Shown here: positions 45,859-60,144 of the stretch, piece by piece
Layout: each line of letters begins with the position of its first letter
Position numbering within the stretch: position 1 is the first letter of the stretch
Source: Octopus vulgaris
Taxonomy: Eukaryota
Length of the DNA: 64,000 nucleotides
Assembly: GCA_951406725.2 (NCBI GenBank)
Contig: OX597816.1
Location: 2,728,001-2,792,000 of the forward strand
Direction of reading: 5' to 3'
Program-made: the position numbers and the translations under genes
Notes under the pieces: generated by a model
Seen by the model: only the letters and a program-made list of their open reading frames with translations
Database searches by the model: none
What the model was told of the DNA's origin: nothing

Positions 45859-46311
45859 AAGAACAAACAAGATGAGGACAAATATCCGTCGAATGTAAAT
45901 AATGTAAATAATGTACTTTTAACTACATTGGACGTTTCTTTTCTTTAGAGAATTGGTACCAATTCTAGCAATCAATTTTGAATTTCAACATTAATGTTGT
46001 TGGTCATGCTAAGACAAAACTGTAATCTCAATAAACAGATGCAAATGTATTCTTAAAATTAATTCACTCACGCAAAAAAAAAAAAAAAAAAAAAAAACTT
46101 ATAGAAGAAATTTAGAAAAGTTTCTGTTCGGAGATCATGCTATTTTTTCTATATAAGATCGAAGAACGCTCTGTGGTTAACATGTAACTTAGGGGCTTGA
46201 AAAAGGGTTAAAGTACACTGATCCGAAGTGACGACAGTGACATCCCATAGTTCTATGAAGAGAACTGGTGAAATCCCCAAATTCTGTTTAGCGAACTCCT
46301 TCATTATGTAT

Positions 46312-46440
46312 ATTTCTTTACTACCCACAAGGGGCTAAACACAGAGGGGACAAACAAGGACAGACAAAGGGATTAAGTCAATTACATCGACCCCAGTGCG
46401 TAACTGGTACTTAATTTATCGACCCCGAAAGGATGAAAAG
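46312..46440 (-). mobile_element. SINE family A, 3' half
   Basis: Reverse complement of the tail and core. Confidence 0.85.
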
Positions 46441-46450
46441 CGACCATAAG

Positions 46451-46603
46451 CACAAGTGTAGCTAGAGTGCGTGCCGCTCGGGGCAGCCCTTCCGTTTGCC
46501 GCCCCCCCAAACATATTGTATGCAGCTGACCCATAATTGGTATCCCTTTAAAAGTGCCGCCGGGGCGGACCGCCACTACTGCCTCCCACTAGCTGCACTA
46601 GTG
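46451..46603. mobile_element. GC-rich ~150 bp MITE (PIF/Harbinger-like ends)
   Basis: CACAAGTGTAGCTAG / CTAGCTGCACTAGTG inverted ends (13/15); no clean TSD. Confidence 0.5.
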
Positions 46604-46829
46604 ACCATGGGTACCTATGGGTGCCGTACCTTCCACTGATATTTGAAATATTTCAAAAGTAGCAGCTGAGCGACACCATCCTAACGTATGAATGAAAGCA
46701 TTGAGAAAGCAATTTGGTGGCTTCCATGGCGACGAGGCATGACGGCCACCACAGCTACATGCAAGCAATGTAATATTCCTACACGGCTCCTGTATTGTAC
46801 AGAAAGAACTGACAGGAAGTGGTGGCGTC

Positions 46830-47730
46830 ATTCGTGTCGCTTCACATTCTATACATTGGTTATGTTTCCCAGATTTTGTATCGAACCCCGATATCTCAGC
46901 AATTGGATGCCATATTGTAAATCTCAACAAAAAAACTAACCGCCACCTTAAGGCATCTTTAAGAACTTTTGCTGCTCCTGATGCACGTTTCCGATATATT
47001 TACGTGGATATTGTTGATCCTTTGTCTCCTGTCTTGGACAAAACGTATTTCTTAACTTGCATAGACCATTTTTCAAGATGACCTGAAACTACCTCTTATT
47101 AAGGATATTTCATCTCTAACGGTTGCAAAGGCTTTGGTTGCCGAGTGGTTTTCACGTTCTCTTACCCAAACTCCGATCACAACCGACAGCGATCGACATT
47201 TTGAATCTAGTCAATTCACTGAGCAAGCTATTCTATTAAGAACGAATTTGTACTACAGCCTATCATCTTCCTTGCAACGGGACAACTGAACGCTTTGGTC
47301 ATCAACTCAAGACAGCTTTACGGGCGTACGTCGACTCGGGGAGAGTTAGAATAGCTTCCTGCTGTATTATTCGGTTTACGTACAACAGTTAAAGAAGACC
47401 ATGGCTACTCTCCAGCAGAACTACTGTACGGCATTGTACTCAATCTGCCGGGCCAGGTGGCAGCTGGAACAAATGACCAGCGGCACAGCCCTAACTGGCT
47501 GTGTTCAAAGATTGCGACGCTTCATGGTGGACTCATTTCCCATGATTGTGAGAGCTCAGTCGATTAAAACGTATGGTCCATCTGATGTGAAGGCCTGGAC
47601 TTGTGTTTTCGTCCGTAATGATGTAGTAAAGCATCCTTTGATCTCGTCCATATTCTCGTCCATTCTGTGTTCTTCAGACGACACTCAAACACATTCAAGG
47701 AAAACGAGACGCAGTCAACATTGATCAGCT
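46830..47730 (+). mobile_element. Gypsy LTR-retrotransposon integrase relic
   Basis: PDARFRYIYVDIVDPL, FLTCIDHFSR*PE, ITTDSDRHFES, TTAYHLPCNGTTERF.HQLK, LFGLRTTVKED.GYSPAELLYG, VFVRND; many disruptions. Confidence 0.9.
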
Positions 47731-47787
47731 TAGGAAAGCTTTTGCGGAACCCTTACCCGCTCAAAAACAGTTTTCTTCATCATGCAC

Positions 47788-47839
<52 letters not shown>

Positions 47840-49619
47840 CTCTCCCTCTCTCTTATGTACATAAGACGATTATTGTATATAACTAGTTCCTTTCTCTCTT
47901 TGCACGTGCTTATCGTGTTATAATTTTGCATTCATGAACTCTAAATATGGACAATTCGTTTTATTCGCATCAATCTTCTCAGAGATTTGGGCGCCTGTGT
48001 TTGACTTTACCCTCCAACTGCGCCTCCGTTGGGCAAAAATTAAATAGTTGTTTACACGGTTCCTCAAGAGTAACAATCGCAGGCAAACTAATGGACCGAA
48101 TCGGCTGCATCTTTTTCTACGTGTATTCTTCATTACCGCTTTAGCAGGAATCCGGCAGAGATGAGGTTTAACCTATTCCCGCTCTTGCGAGATTACAGCG
48201 TGACAGGGTTAGTTTAAAGCTGCACGCCTTTTGCTTTTCTATTTTGCATTTTAATCCTTTGCCTTCTTTGCTGTGTCGCCAGTTAGCATTTTAGAATTTA
48301 GACTTTACTCTAGTTTTCATGTAATTTTCTCTATCTTGTGACCGTTCTTTCTACTACACTTTATCTGCGTGCTATATTCATATCAGCAACACTTTGACCC
48401 TGCAGTTTTTCGCAGATAACTTTCCGCATGGCACCTCAGTCTAGGCACGAATTCCATTTCTATGCGCTTATTCTATGATGTTTTTTCTTTGCTAGTTTTC
48501 TCCCCCCCCCCCCACAATATTGGGTATGTGTCACACATTGCTTTTTTTTGCCTTATAATGGTTTTTCGCTACACTTTTATTATTTTCATTCGTGCTCATG
48601 TCGCGACAAACACACTGAATGCGTGTAGTTTGAAATCCTGATATCTCAGTAACAAGAAAAAGACCACGAAATGTCAGACGATTTTGCCCTGTATTCCGAC
48701 AGGTGGATTCATGTGATCACATGGTTTAAATGGAAATTTCTATGCAAATTCTCACTAAAATATGGTCATAGATTGACATGCACGGGAAAGACTAGTTAGA
48801 GAAGAGAGAAGCTTAGCAGAGTTCGTTATATTCTTGGTTTACTGGCAGCCATGTTAAAAGAGCTTCTCATCAGAAATGACATTTTGTTATCTCTTTCAAC
48901 ACACGGACACACTCCGCTCATTTAGCTTAACATTCTTACTAGTCTCTGTAATGTCTTTATGTAAATAAGTGTGACACGTTGAGAACTTTTTATGGTGATT
49001 TGGTTTTTAAATGAGAATAACACGCAGCCTAACCGAATATCCATCACCCATCTAATCAAACCACAGTTTACACGAAATTATCGGATTTTACTGTCGCCAC
49101 TTCCGGTCAGCTTACTTTCATCTTGAATTCAGCGGATATACTTTTATAGTGCTTAAGCACAATACACACACACACACACACAAAACTGATGCATACATAC
49201 ACACGTACATTCATAAATATAAGCTTCTTGAAAAAATTTTCCTTCTACCAAATTTAATCCGCAAAGTATTGTTCTTCCGGAGATTTTGATAGAAGGCATT
49301 CCAGCCAGGTACCGCGCAGTGAGATTGAACTTGGAATCAAGCGGTTGTGAAGCGAATTTCTCATCCCAACAGTACTGCTTGCTTCTTGTCATTCCCCCGT
49401 CACCAAATACTAAACATCACCATACCACTGTTAATCAGATACCAGTAATACATTGGAAACATCAATAGAGTTCTCCTTCCCGCTAAACCTTGTTTGTATA
49501 AACTCTCACTCAATGCTTTTAGTTTTAAGATGTCCTCCAATCTGTAATGGACGCCATTGCAAATCACGTGATTCTTTTACTTTTCTAATGAGCTTTAGGA
49601 GTTGATTTCAGTGTAAACT

Positions 49620-50225
49620 TGTCTGTCTGTCTGTCTGTCTGTCTGTATGTATGAAGATGCGTATGTGTCCGTACTTAGGTATATATGTACATATGTTTTG
49701 TGTGTTTTATGTGTGTGTATATATATATATATATATATGTATGTGTATGTATGTATATGTATGTGTATGTATGTATATGTATGTGTATGTATGTATATGT
49801 ATGTGTATGTATGTATGTGTATGTATGTATATGTATGTATGTATGTATGTGTATGTATGTATGTATGTATGTGTATGTATATATGTATGTATGTGTATGT
49901 ATTTATCTCTATCTGAATTCGTGTATGTATGTATGTGTATGTATTTATCTCTATATGAATTCGTGTATGTATGTATGTATGTGTATGTATTTATCTCTAT
50001 ATGAATTCGTGTATGTATGTATGTATATGTATATGTATGTATTTGTGTTATAAGTGTGTAGTGTGTGTGTATATATGTGTGTAATTATGAGTGCAAATAT
50101 GTGTAAATATGTATATGTATCTGTTTGTGTGTGCGTATATGTGTGTATTTGTATATATACATGTATGTAAGCATGTGTTTATGTACTTATGTGTATATGG
50201 GTATATATATGTGAGTATGTATGTA
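49620..50225. repeat. (TATG)n tract with three GTATTTATCTCTATATGAATTCGT units
   Basis: Direct reading. Confidence 0.9.
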
Positions 50226-50637
50226 TTTGCATGCGTTTATTTATCAATGTCTGAGTAAACAGGCGCGAAACGATAAAATGTCGTTTATGTCTTTCGTTTC
50301 AAATCCTCTTTGCTTTAAAACGCCATCAAGTGGGGAGGCCAGAGAGAAAGAATGGAAGGAAGAAAGAAAGAATGTGAAGAAAATAAAAACGAAAAACTCA
50401 ACCAACCAACAAACAAAGAAACAAGCATAAAAACGGAATATTAAGTGGTTTGATAGAGATTTGAAACCAATTAACTCATTATCAAAACTGTCAGCTGTGA
50501 GTAACAAACAAAACTAGTTTTGCACAGAAAGAGGTGACAAGTGCGAGATTAGAGATAAATTTATGAAAAAAGGAAAAAGAGAAAAAAAAGAGGTGGCTAA
50601 TAAACAGTAATGGTATTGTTTAGTAGTAGCGTTTGTT

Positions 50638-50669
<32 letters not shown>

Positions 50670-50892
50670 ACATTATACAACCATATAAATCCATTCATAC
50701 ACACACATACATGTGTATGTGTGTTTGAGTGTGTGTGTGTATACATACATACATACATATATATAGATATGTATATATAATCCTTTCTACTGGAAGCCTC
50801 AAGGTCTCAAATTTTGGGGAAGGCATTAAGTCATTTACTTCGACCCCAGTGCATAACTGGTACTAATTTTAGGTAAAGTCGACTTCGGCGAA

Positions 50893-50958
<66 letters not shown>

Positions 50959-52187
50959 CAATCTTCAGTTGCAGGATTCCTTAGACCGTCGGTATTTGAA
51001 CATGTATGAAGCTGGGAAAAATTGGATCCTGGGCTTTCAATACTCAGGAACTGATCGTTACTTATGTTACTCAATGTCGAATGAATGAAAAAGGAGAACT
51101 CAATACATGTTGCAGAGAATATATATGTGGCTCGAATGAAGCTCGAATTATTGCGGGACATCGACTCTAGTGCTTAGAGATTACCTACTTTATTGACCTC
51201 ACATGAATGATAGGCAAAGTCAACCTCGGCGGAATTTGAACTCAGAACATAGCAACGGGCGAAATACCGCTCAGCATTTCTTCCACCGTGCCAACCATTC
51301 TGCTAGCTCGCTGCCTTAGTAGTAGTAGCAGTAGTAGTGGTGGTGGTGGTTGTGGTGGCGGTAGTGGTAGTAGTAGTAGTAGTAATGGTTTCAAATTTTT
51401 AGCACGAAGCTAGCAGGTTCGAGGAAATAATATCTATCTATATATACATGCGCAAGTAGGCGAGCACACACACACACGCACACACGCACACGCACACACA
51501 CAAACACACGCACACACACATACACACACACACGCACACACATATACACGCACAAACACAGACACACAAACACACGCACAAACACACACACACAAACACA
51601 CGCACACGCACACACACACACACACGTACATGAATGTCAATGGCCAACTGGTGTTGTGTGTACGATTTTTTATGTATTCCTTTGACTTTGTTTAGACGTG
51701 TCATGTTTCTTTATCATAAACACAACTCAATTCCGATGTTCTTCAGACACACTCACACCCCTACCATGTACCTCAAACTTCACACAAACCCTCCACCCTA
51801 CTAACCCTCCCCCCCCCTACACAATCCTAATCTTCCACACAAACTCTTCAACACAAAACTTTTTCCCAATACGTAAGAGTTCGATAAATTCAATCACTCT
51901 GATGGCAATTGAACTCATTGATCTGTCATATTGATTGGCTGTTTCCAACGTCTACCATCACATGTTCCCCCTGCTTCGCTATTTTACCCATGTCATTTTC
52001 TCTCCTCCAAAAGAAGAAATTAGTGATGGTCAGATGTGGAGAGGGATGGGCTCTTCAAAGTGTAAAATGGTCGAGACAAGCGGTGTGTCATGGAAACACT
52101 CATAAGCCCATGGATTACATTGGCCGAGTTATCCATCCATCTGTCTGCCTGCCTGCCTGTCTGTCTGCTTGTCTGTCTGTCTGCCTG

Positions 52188-52254
<67 letters not shown>

Positions 52255-52660
52255 CTCTATCTCTATCTGTCTGTCTGTCTGTCTGTCTCTCTCCTCTCTC
52301 TCTCAACCCCCTCCATTCTGCATCTCTTTCTATACCGATTTAAAGGCACCAAGCGTTAGATGCCAAGCAGCAGGAATGCAAGACAACAGCAATCACCTCA
52401 GAGCAAACTATGCAGAAATATTCCGGAAAAGAAGAGCCATCTTGTGTCAATAAACTTACGAACAAAATGTGATTAAAAACGAAAATAGTTAACCATAATG
52501 AGCTTCAGCCAACAGCATACTTATACTCGTGTACTCTTGCATTGCTGTACTCTTGCACTGCCGTACTCTTGGTTGTTGACACCTCAAGGTTGAAATGCCT
52601 AAGTTTAGGCGAAGGAAAATTACGTGTTAGTATATGATTGTATAAGTGCGATGTTGCTTA

Positions 52661-52697
<37 letters not shown>

Positions 52698-52935
52698 TCA
52701 TTTATTTTTATTCTTTTCCACGTTTCAGTCATTTGATTGCGGCCATGCTAGAGCACCGCCTTAAAGGGTTTTAGTCGAAGAAATCAACCCCAGGACTTAT
52801 TCTTTGTAAGCCTAGTACTTATTCTATCAGGCTCTTTTGCCGAACCGCTAATGTTACTGGGATGTAAACACACCAACATCGGTTGTCAAGTGATGATAGG
52901 GGTACAGACACAAAGACATACTCATATATATATAT

Positions 52936-53135
52936 ATCGCCATGATAGATCGTTAGCCACTATACACATTTTTTCTCTCCTTGTTTCTCTCCTTGTTTTT
53001 TTCTGTGTCCCTTTCTGTAGAAGAGCGTAGGCTCGAAACGTAAAAGACTTTTTCTATTCCTGAGCGTTATACTAATACATCTGTTTGTTTTCTACACTAC
53101 CTGTCTTCGTCCTTTGTTTTTTTTTCGTAAACTCT

Positions 53136-53139
<4 letters not shown>
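52936..53139 (+). mobile_element. (TA)n-flanked ~200 bp element with hammerhead-like motif at 53011-53046
   Basis: CTTT-CTGTAGA-A-GAGC(GTAG)GCTC-GAAACGTA-AAAG; close relative at 63673-63842. Confidence 0.65.
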
Positions 53140-53188
<49 letters not shown>

Positions 53189-54400
53189 CTTATACTGTCT
53201 CCTTCATAAGCTCGTCTTCCTAGCGTTCATAATAATTTTTCTATCGTCTTGGCTCAACAGCCCTCACCGTTTGTTTTTACTGTTTTGTTCTCACTGTCCT
53301 GTTCTTGTTACCACTTTCACCCTTCGTAAAAAATCCCAAATTTGATTTAATTTGCTTTGCGGGAAGGATTGTTTCAATGAAGTCGCGTCTTGTCCTTGCC
53401 TTCGAAAACGCGGAGTAGTTGAATCAGGGACAACTGAAGGAGGGGAATATTCTTTATGTTGTATGTCTCGTTTCTCTGTTTTTTTTTTCGTTGTTCGAAA
53501 AAAGTTCGTTTCTATGGTTTTGTTTTTATGTTTTCGTTTCTCGTGTTCAACGTTTTTTTGATATCGTGTACCCATATATGCATGTATATATACATATATA
53601 TGTAGGTATCTGCATATATGTATGCACCACACACACACACATATCGCCACGCTGGGATTTCAGTTATTTGTTTTTGAAAAAATTGCGCTTACTGAACAGA
53701 ATTATAACTTTGTAAACAAGTCCCAAGTAGACGTATACATACACATATGTTCCCGCCAGAAGATCACGCTGGCATGAAACTCAAGTCGCGAGATAAGCAT
53801 CGAGATGCAATATAGTATGTATGTAATGTACATCACGATGTTCAAGTCCCTCTTTTGTTCAGATGGGAATGTTGGCCTGCTCGCCTAAAACTAAAACTGT
53901 ACAGAAGCGCACTGTGATGAGCGAGATATAACAACATCTGACAGTCCGATAGTCATATAGTTATTTATTTATATGAGTGAATGTGACAACAATATGCCCG
54001 GTATCAGTTGGTGTGTACATAGGTTTGTATAACTATATATTTTTGTATGTGTATGCATATATGTAAATATGTACGCATGCTCACTAGTAATTATGTAATT
54101 ATTCAGGTCGCTTTTTCCCTATAGGTATTCTTTTTCAAAAGCCTGAGCGTTCGTTTTTGTTTATGTAAATTTGTAGGCGCGCTGATGAGTACGTAACCCC
54201 GTATGCGTGTTACTGTGCACTTACTCGTCTGTACGTCTGCAAGCACTCGACTTTGGTTTAACATATGCAATATTCACCAATTTGGTTCCGGTGCATACAC
54301 GAATCTGAAGAGGAAGTCATAGAACAAGTACACATATGTTCATGCCAAAATGGTTGTGTGCAAATACATTAGCGACTCTATGTATATACGTGTATATATA

Positions 54401-54437
<37 letters not shown>

Positions 54438-54669
54438 TGTTTATCAAAATGTATTTCTGTATCAAACAGGACATGGGGGCACCATAGATATCCTACTTTC
54501 CTCCTCCACCACCTCATATTCTTATTTACTCTATTCGCATTCTATTCAGTGTTCCTCTTCCCCCCGTGCTTCTCAGTCTTTTTATAAGTTCGCCCCCTTT
54601 CTTTAACTAACAATTTCCATCCCCCACCGTTGCTACGATTCAGCGAAATTAAAGACACCTCACGTGCGG

Positions 54670-54945
54670 CGTATGCTTCAGGCTAGGATGTTGCGCTCAC
54701 GACGGTAAGGTCTTGAGCTCGACTCCCGGACCTGGTGGTGTGTTGTGTTCTTGAGCAAAACTCTTCATCATTTCACGTTGCTCCGTGATCACTTCGAAAT
54801 TTGACGTGCGACACACTGTACGGGCAATGTTGATTGGAAGGAGGGAGCGAGATCGTGTACAGTACAGGCATTTGATCACTATAAGCAAATCATTTGTGCG
54901 GGTTGATTGGCAAGAAGTTACGCAGCCCTCGTCTGCCATTTACGA
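54670..54945 (+). mobile_element. Diverged tRNA-derived SINE related to family C
   Basis: B-box-like GAGCTCGACTCCCGGACC, then TGTTGTGTTCTTGAGCAAAAC. Confidence 0.55.
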
Positions 54946-55089
54946 CTGCTGAGTCCATTATATATCTATATCTCTATATTTGCACAGACAAGGCAAAATG
55001 TTAAGCGACAGGTGCAGTGGATGTCTTTATTGCGTGTAGAGTAATATTCGCATATTTCAACAAGATCTTAGATTTTGGTTTATTAGTCA

Positions 55090-55284
55090 TTTTACTTGTT
55101 TCAGCCATGCTGGAGCACCGCCTTTAGTCGAGCAAATCGATCCCGGGACCTATTCTTTGTAAGCCCAGTACTTTTTCTATCGGTCTCTTTTGCCGAACCG
55201 CTAAGTGACGGGGACGTAAACACACCAGCATCGGTTGTCAAGCAATGCTAGAGGGACAAACACAGACACACAAACATATACATA

Positions 55285-55347
<63 letters not shown>

Positions 55348-55502
55348 GACAGGCTTCTTTCAGTTTCCGTCTACCAAATCCACTCACAAGGCTTTGGTCG
55401 GCCCGAGGCTATAGCAGAAGACACTTGCCCAAGATGCCACGCAGTGGGACTGAACCCGGAACCATGTTGTTGGTTAGCAAGCTACTTACCACACAACCAC
55501 TC
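55090..55502 (-). mobile_element. SINE family B, essentially full length
   Basis: Minus strand: GAGTGGTTGTGTGGTAAG..GGGTTCAGTCCC (A/B boxes), CTTGGGCAAGTGTCTTCT core, (TA)n, conserved tail. Confidence 0.9.
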
Positions 55503-55689
55503 CAATTATTGTTTATAATTTACATGAATATATTTGGTTTTATCTACTTATTCACATTTCGCGATCTAATATTATTGCTGATATCGTCGTCGTTGTTGTT
55601 GTTGCTGCTGTTGTTGTTCAAATCTACAAACTTGACTAACATTCCAATGCACTCATTTACCAACGCATTCATTTTTGCTTTCGTGCGCT

Positions 55690-56080
55690 TGGTGGCATTT
55701 CGCCCATCTTTACGTTCTGAGTTCAAATTCCGCCGAGGGCGACTTTGCCTTTCATCCTTTCGGGGTCAATTAAATGTAAGTATCAGCAGAACACCTGGGT
55801 CTATCACATCGACTATCCCCTTCCCTTCAGTTTTCAGACCTTGTGCTTAGAGTAGAAATGATTCTTGTTGTTGTTGGTTTGAAAATCATGGAAAAAAAAA
55901 CCCCTTCCATTCATTGTAAAAAAAAAAAAAATAAAAAAATAAATAAATTGTCTCATCCATCTGAGTCTGAATAAGTTTCAACAGTGTCTGTTGCTGACTT
56001 CACTATGAAGTCACATCACTGCTTAGGTAAAAATAATTAACTCAGAACTGAGTTAATTACACACACACACACACACGCAC

Positions 56081-56143
<63 letters not shown>

Positions 56144-56469
56144 AATATATAATAAAAAATATGACAGGACATACACAGTAACAGGAAAAAATGCTCATAA
56201 TAGACGCGGACAAGCTTAAACCCCTCATCAGTTATCAACCAAATATCACCAGAATTTCCACACACACACATTGACAGACAGACAGACAGACAGCTTGATA
56301 GATAAACAAATAAATAAATATATATATATATAGAGAGAGAGGGGGGAGAGAGAGAGTTGAAGAGAAAGAGAGGGAAGGCATTGTGTCATTAAGTTTTCAT
56401 GAACGAGAGAAACATTCTAAAATGTTCAATTGCATTTCTCTGCGCTGATGTTCGGCAAATTGTTAATTA

Positions 56470-56500
<31 letters not shown>

Positions 56501-57079
56501 AAGTAATAAACCTGGTTGTTGGCAACCAGACAAAGAGACCTCGCTTCACTACGATGTCCGTTGGTAGAGAACAGCAAAGAGGTCGTGTATCTGTAAACGT
56601 GTTTGCATTCAGGTAGCGAGCTTTCTCATATTCAATGGACATTAGCTGTACTACAATCCCAAACCCTCACCAGACGAACATTATTGATTAAAATAAGCCA
56701 AAATGGAAACAGAAAAACAGAAACAAAATTCCAGGACATTCACTTCAGTTCCAACACAGTAACCCATTGCGAGCTTATACACAGGCACGCACTCCAAAAT
56801 AAAAACGAAACAAAAACAAAACAACAACAATAATAACATTAGTTTAAAATTTTGGCTCAGGGCCAGAAGTTTTTGAGGGGAGGGATTAAATCGATTACAT
56901 CGACCCGAGTATTTGACTGGTACTTATTTTACCGACCCGACCCCAAAAAAATGAAAGGCAAAGTCAACCTCGGTGGAATTTGAACCCAGAACGTAAAGGC
57001 TGACGAAATGTCGCGAAGCATTTTGCTCGCCATGCTGATGCTTCTGCTAGCTCGCCCCTTGATAATGATGATGATAATG

Positions 57080-57110
<31 letters not shown>

Positions 57111-57450
57111 TGATGATGATGATGGTATCAATGTAAAGACAGAACACCTACAAAAATTATCATTGCTTGGAACTGGAAGTATGCTTCGCAGGGTTCTTGA
57201 AGCATGACCAGTAAAACAAGTTCTGCTGGCTGTGGACAGCTGATCCCCTTTCCATCATACCCAGCAAACTAAGCTAAGAGGTTTCATATAATAATAATAA
57301 CAACAACAACAACAATAATGGTTTCAAAATTTGACATAAGACCCTTATTTTCGGGGGAGGTGGCCAGTCGATTTACATTGATTGACCCCCAGTGCTCAAC
57401 TGGTACTCATTTTACCGACTCTGAAAGGATGAAAGGCAAAGTTGACCTCG
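55690..57450. mobile_element. Family A SINE copies: 55690-55860(+), 56840-57060(-), 57318-57450(-)
   Basis: Core motif present in each. Confidence 0.75.
57141..57300 (+). mobile_element. R4/Dong 3' end, second copy
   Basis: EHLQKLSLLGTGSMLRRVLEA*, 3'UTR like 19198-19290, (TAA)n tail. Confidence 0.75.
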
Positions 57451-57820
57451 GTGATTTTGTTATTAACTGGAGCTTGTAGACTAAGTGTGGCGCCATTTTT
57501 GGAACCAGTACTCGAAGTAATTCCCAAAATAGGTTTTATTTCAAAGATAACCACAGCTAAAGTACATTTAGAGTCATTCAGAGTATTTTCACAGACACAC
57601 GTAATTCCCACGCAGAATCGGTGTGACACAACGTGACAAAGGGGTACCTTTTGAATTACGGGTAGAATCCACCCGCCGCACTGCCCTACAGTTTCTGTCT
57701 CCGTAGTTTCCTTACAAGGTATGAATCGATCCAAAAATGATATTTACTCAAGATGCGGTGCCGTCGGATCAGATCCTGTATCTCTTCATTGCGAAACGAT
57801 TCATACAATATACATAGACC

Positions 57821-58137
<317 letters not shown>

Positions 58138-59381
58138 TATATATACATATACATATATCGACAAACGACGGTGATCCACCAACGCCATGTCGTTTCTCCC
58201 GCCATTCATTATCCTAAAGAGCACTATATATTTTACAAGTGTTTTGTCGATTTGTAAAACTGAAGAGCAGAAACTCTGAAGTCACCGAAGGCCCAGAGCG
58301 GTGGAGGTCGCTTTCTGAAAAAACTAAGAGGTGCGCATGATTCGTTGACTGTTGTTGCAGTTGATTCGGGAATACCAGCCAATCGACTTCCTTTTATCCC
58401 CGAGATAAATAAACAGCAATTGATTTGGCGAAGCAATATAATAATAATAATGATAATAGCAGAAGTTATTTTATAGATTGTTTCAGTGAATTGTTGTAGA
58501 GAACAGACTTTTGTGATTGGACATTTTCTAGATCAAGTTTACGAACGTTTAGATTTAGGTTCTCGGCTTTGATCTTAGTAATATAATAGCTGGAGGTTAG
58601 CCGTAACATCATCTTGCTGCTGCTGCTGTAGTTCAGAACTGAGAATTGTTAAGTAATTATTAATCGAATAATGCTTTCTAACAAGTGTTTCACTCCCATA
58701 ACAATGCTGTTGGTGGCGACGTATTTCAAATTACTTCCTTCGCGTATATATTTATTACCCCAGATGACTTTTGGTCGAAACCCTTTCCTCCTCACCAATA
58801 GGAAACAACTAAAAACAGCAAGATTTCTCTGTTAACAGTATCGACTTTACAGATAAGCATCAATGTTTATGTAAATGCACCAGTCTTATGGGATAATCTT
58901 CTTTCTTCCTTTCCTTTTCCCCGTTTTCCTCTTTTTCCTTTCCCCCTTTCATTCTTGTCTATTACGCAACACCATTAAAACTAACAACATCCACCACACA
59001 TACGCATGCGCTCAGGCCTGTATGCTTGTGTATGCGTAATATATGCGTGCGTCAGTGTATATGTATGAATTTTTAATAGAAAAAAAAACTATAGTAGTTA
59101 CTCTGGCGCTCAAGTTGCGTGTACAACACGTCAAAAGCCACCATGTACACCAGGTGCATGTGGACATTTTCCGGCTGATTCCTCCTGTAATTGTTTTCTT
59201 TCTTTTTTCTTAGTTTTCCCTCTTTCTCTGTACGCTCAACATCTCATTCTGAAGAAGGGACACCATCCAAAACGTCATCACAATTAACTTTTTTCTGTGA
59301 GCATCAAAAGCGTCAAACTAATAATTTCAATTGTGAATTGATCTCGTCGAGTTCTTTTTGGTTGTTTTTTCTTCTTCGTCA

Positions 59382-59428
<47 letters not shown>

Positions 59429-59451
59429 GTATCTATTTATCTATCTATCTA

Positions 59452-59523
<72 letters not shown>

Positions 59524-60144
59524 CCCACCTACCTACCTACCTACCCGTCCAAGGGCGAAATGCTTAGCGGTATTTCGTCTGTCTTTACGTTCTGAGTTCA
59601 AATTCCACCAAGGTCGACTTTGCCTGTGATCCTTTCGGGGTCGATTAAATAAGTACCAGTTACGCACTGGGGATCAATGTAAGTTCGTCTTGTAGTGGCG
59701 GAAGAAAAGGCAAAGATAGAGATACAAGATTTGTGTGGACTAGAGGTTGAAGTCTGTCGCTGATAGGGATTTCGTGCCAATAAGCCGGGTGACTTGTTTT
59801 GATGCGATCTAAGATGTCCATGTGATGGCAGCACCGTTCCAAATGTGTACGAAACATTACGGCAGAGGGCGCCCTTTTTGCATTTCATTAATTGTTTTAT
59901 CTTCTGACAAGTAACGTGTTGGTCTTTCACCTGTGAGTAAAATGTAAACTAGTCGTTACCATATTAAGAAACACAACTAGCCAAATGTCCGGACACAATA
60001 TCGACCGATCATCCGAAAGATCGATATATATTCTGTGCCAATAGTATTTATTTCAAGCAACTTTCTGGAGCTCGGAACAAGTCCTACATCGTTGCAAAAA
60101 ATGTGTGCCCTGATTAATTATTCTTTTATTATTTTACTTGGGTT

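Larger units (their letters stand above)
44661..45916. mobile_element. Palindromic element: two divergent copies of [tRNA-like head - (TAA)n - hammerhead-bearing tail]
   Basis: 44661-44800 is the reverse complement of 45771-45916; 44833-44935 is the reverse complement of 44937-45012. Confidence 0.85.

Noticed and set aside
47860-48358. 3' LTR of the Gypsy relic
   Set aside because: Ends CTACTACA, but no polypurine tract or partner LTR confirms it.
51697-51752. Hammerhead-like GTGT-CTGAAGA...GAAACATG-ACAC on minus
   Set aside because: Stem II is poor and the triplet is not NUH; could be chance.
56554-56612. Short ATG-to-GT exon (MSVGREQQRGR...)
   Set aside because: Weak donor (GTAGCG) and no supporting evidence.
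59700-59930. Mariner or host ORF on minus strand
   Set aside because: No diagnostic motif; the ORF runs into a SINE.
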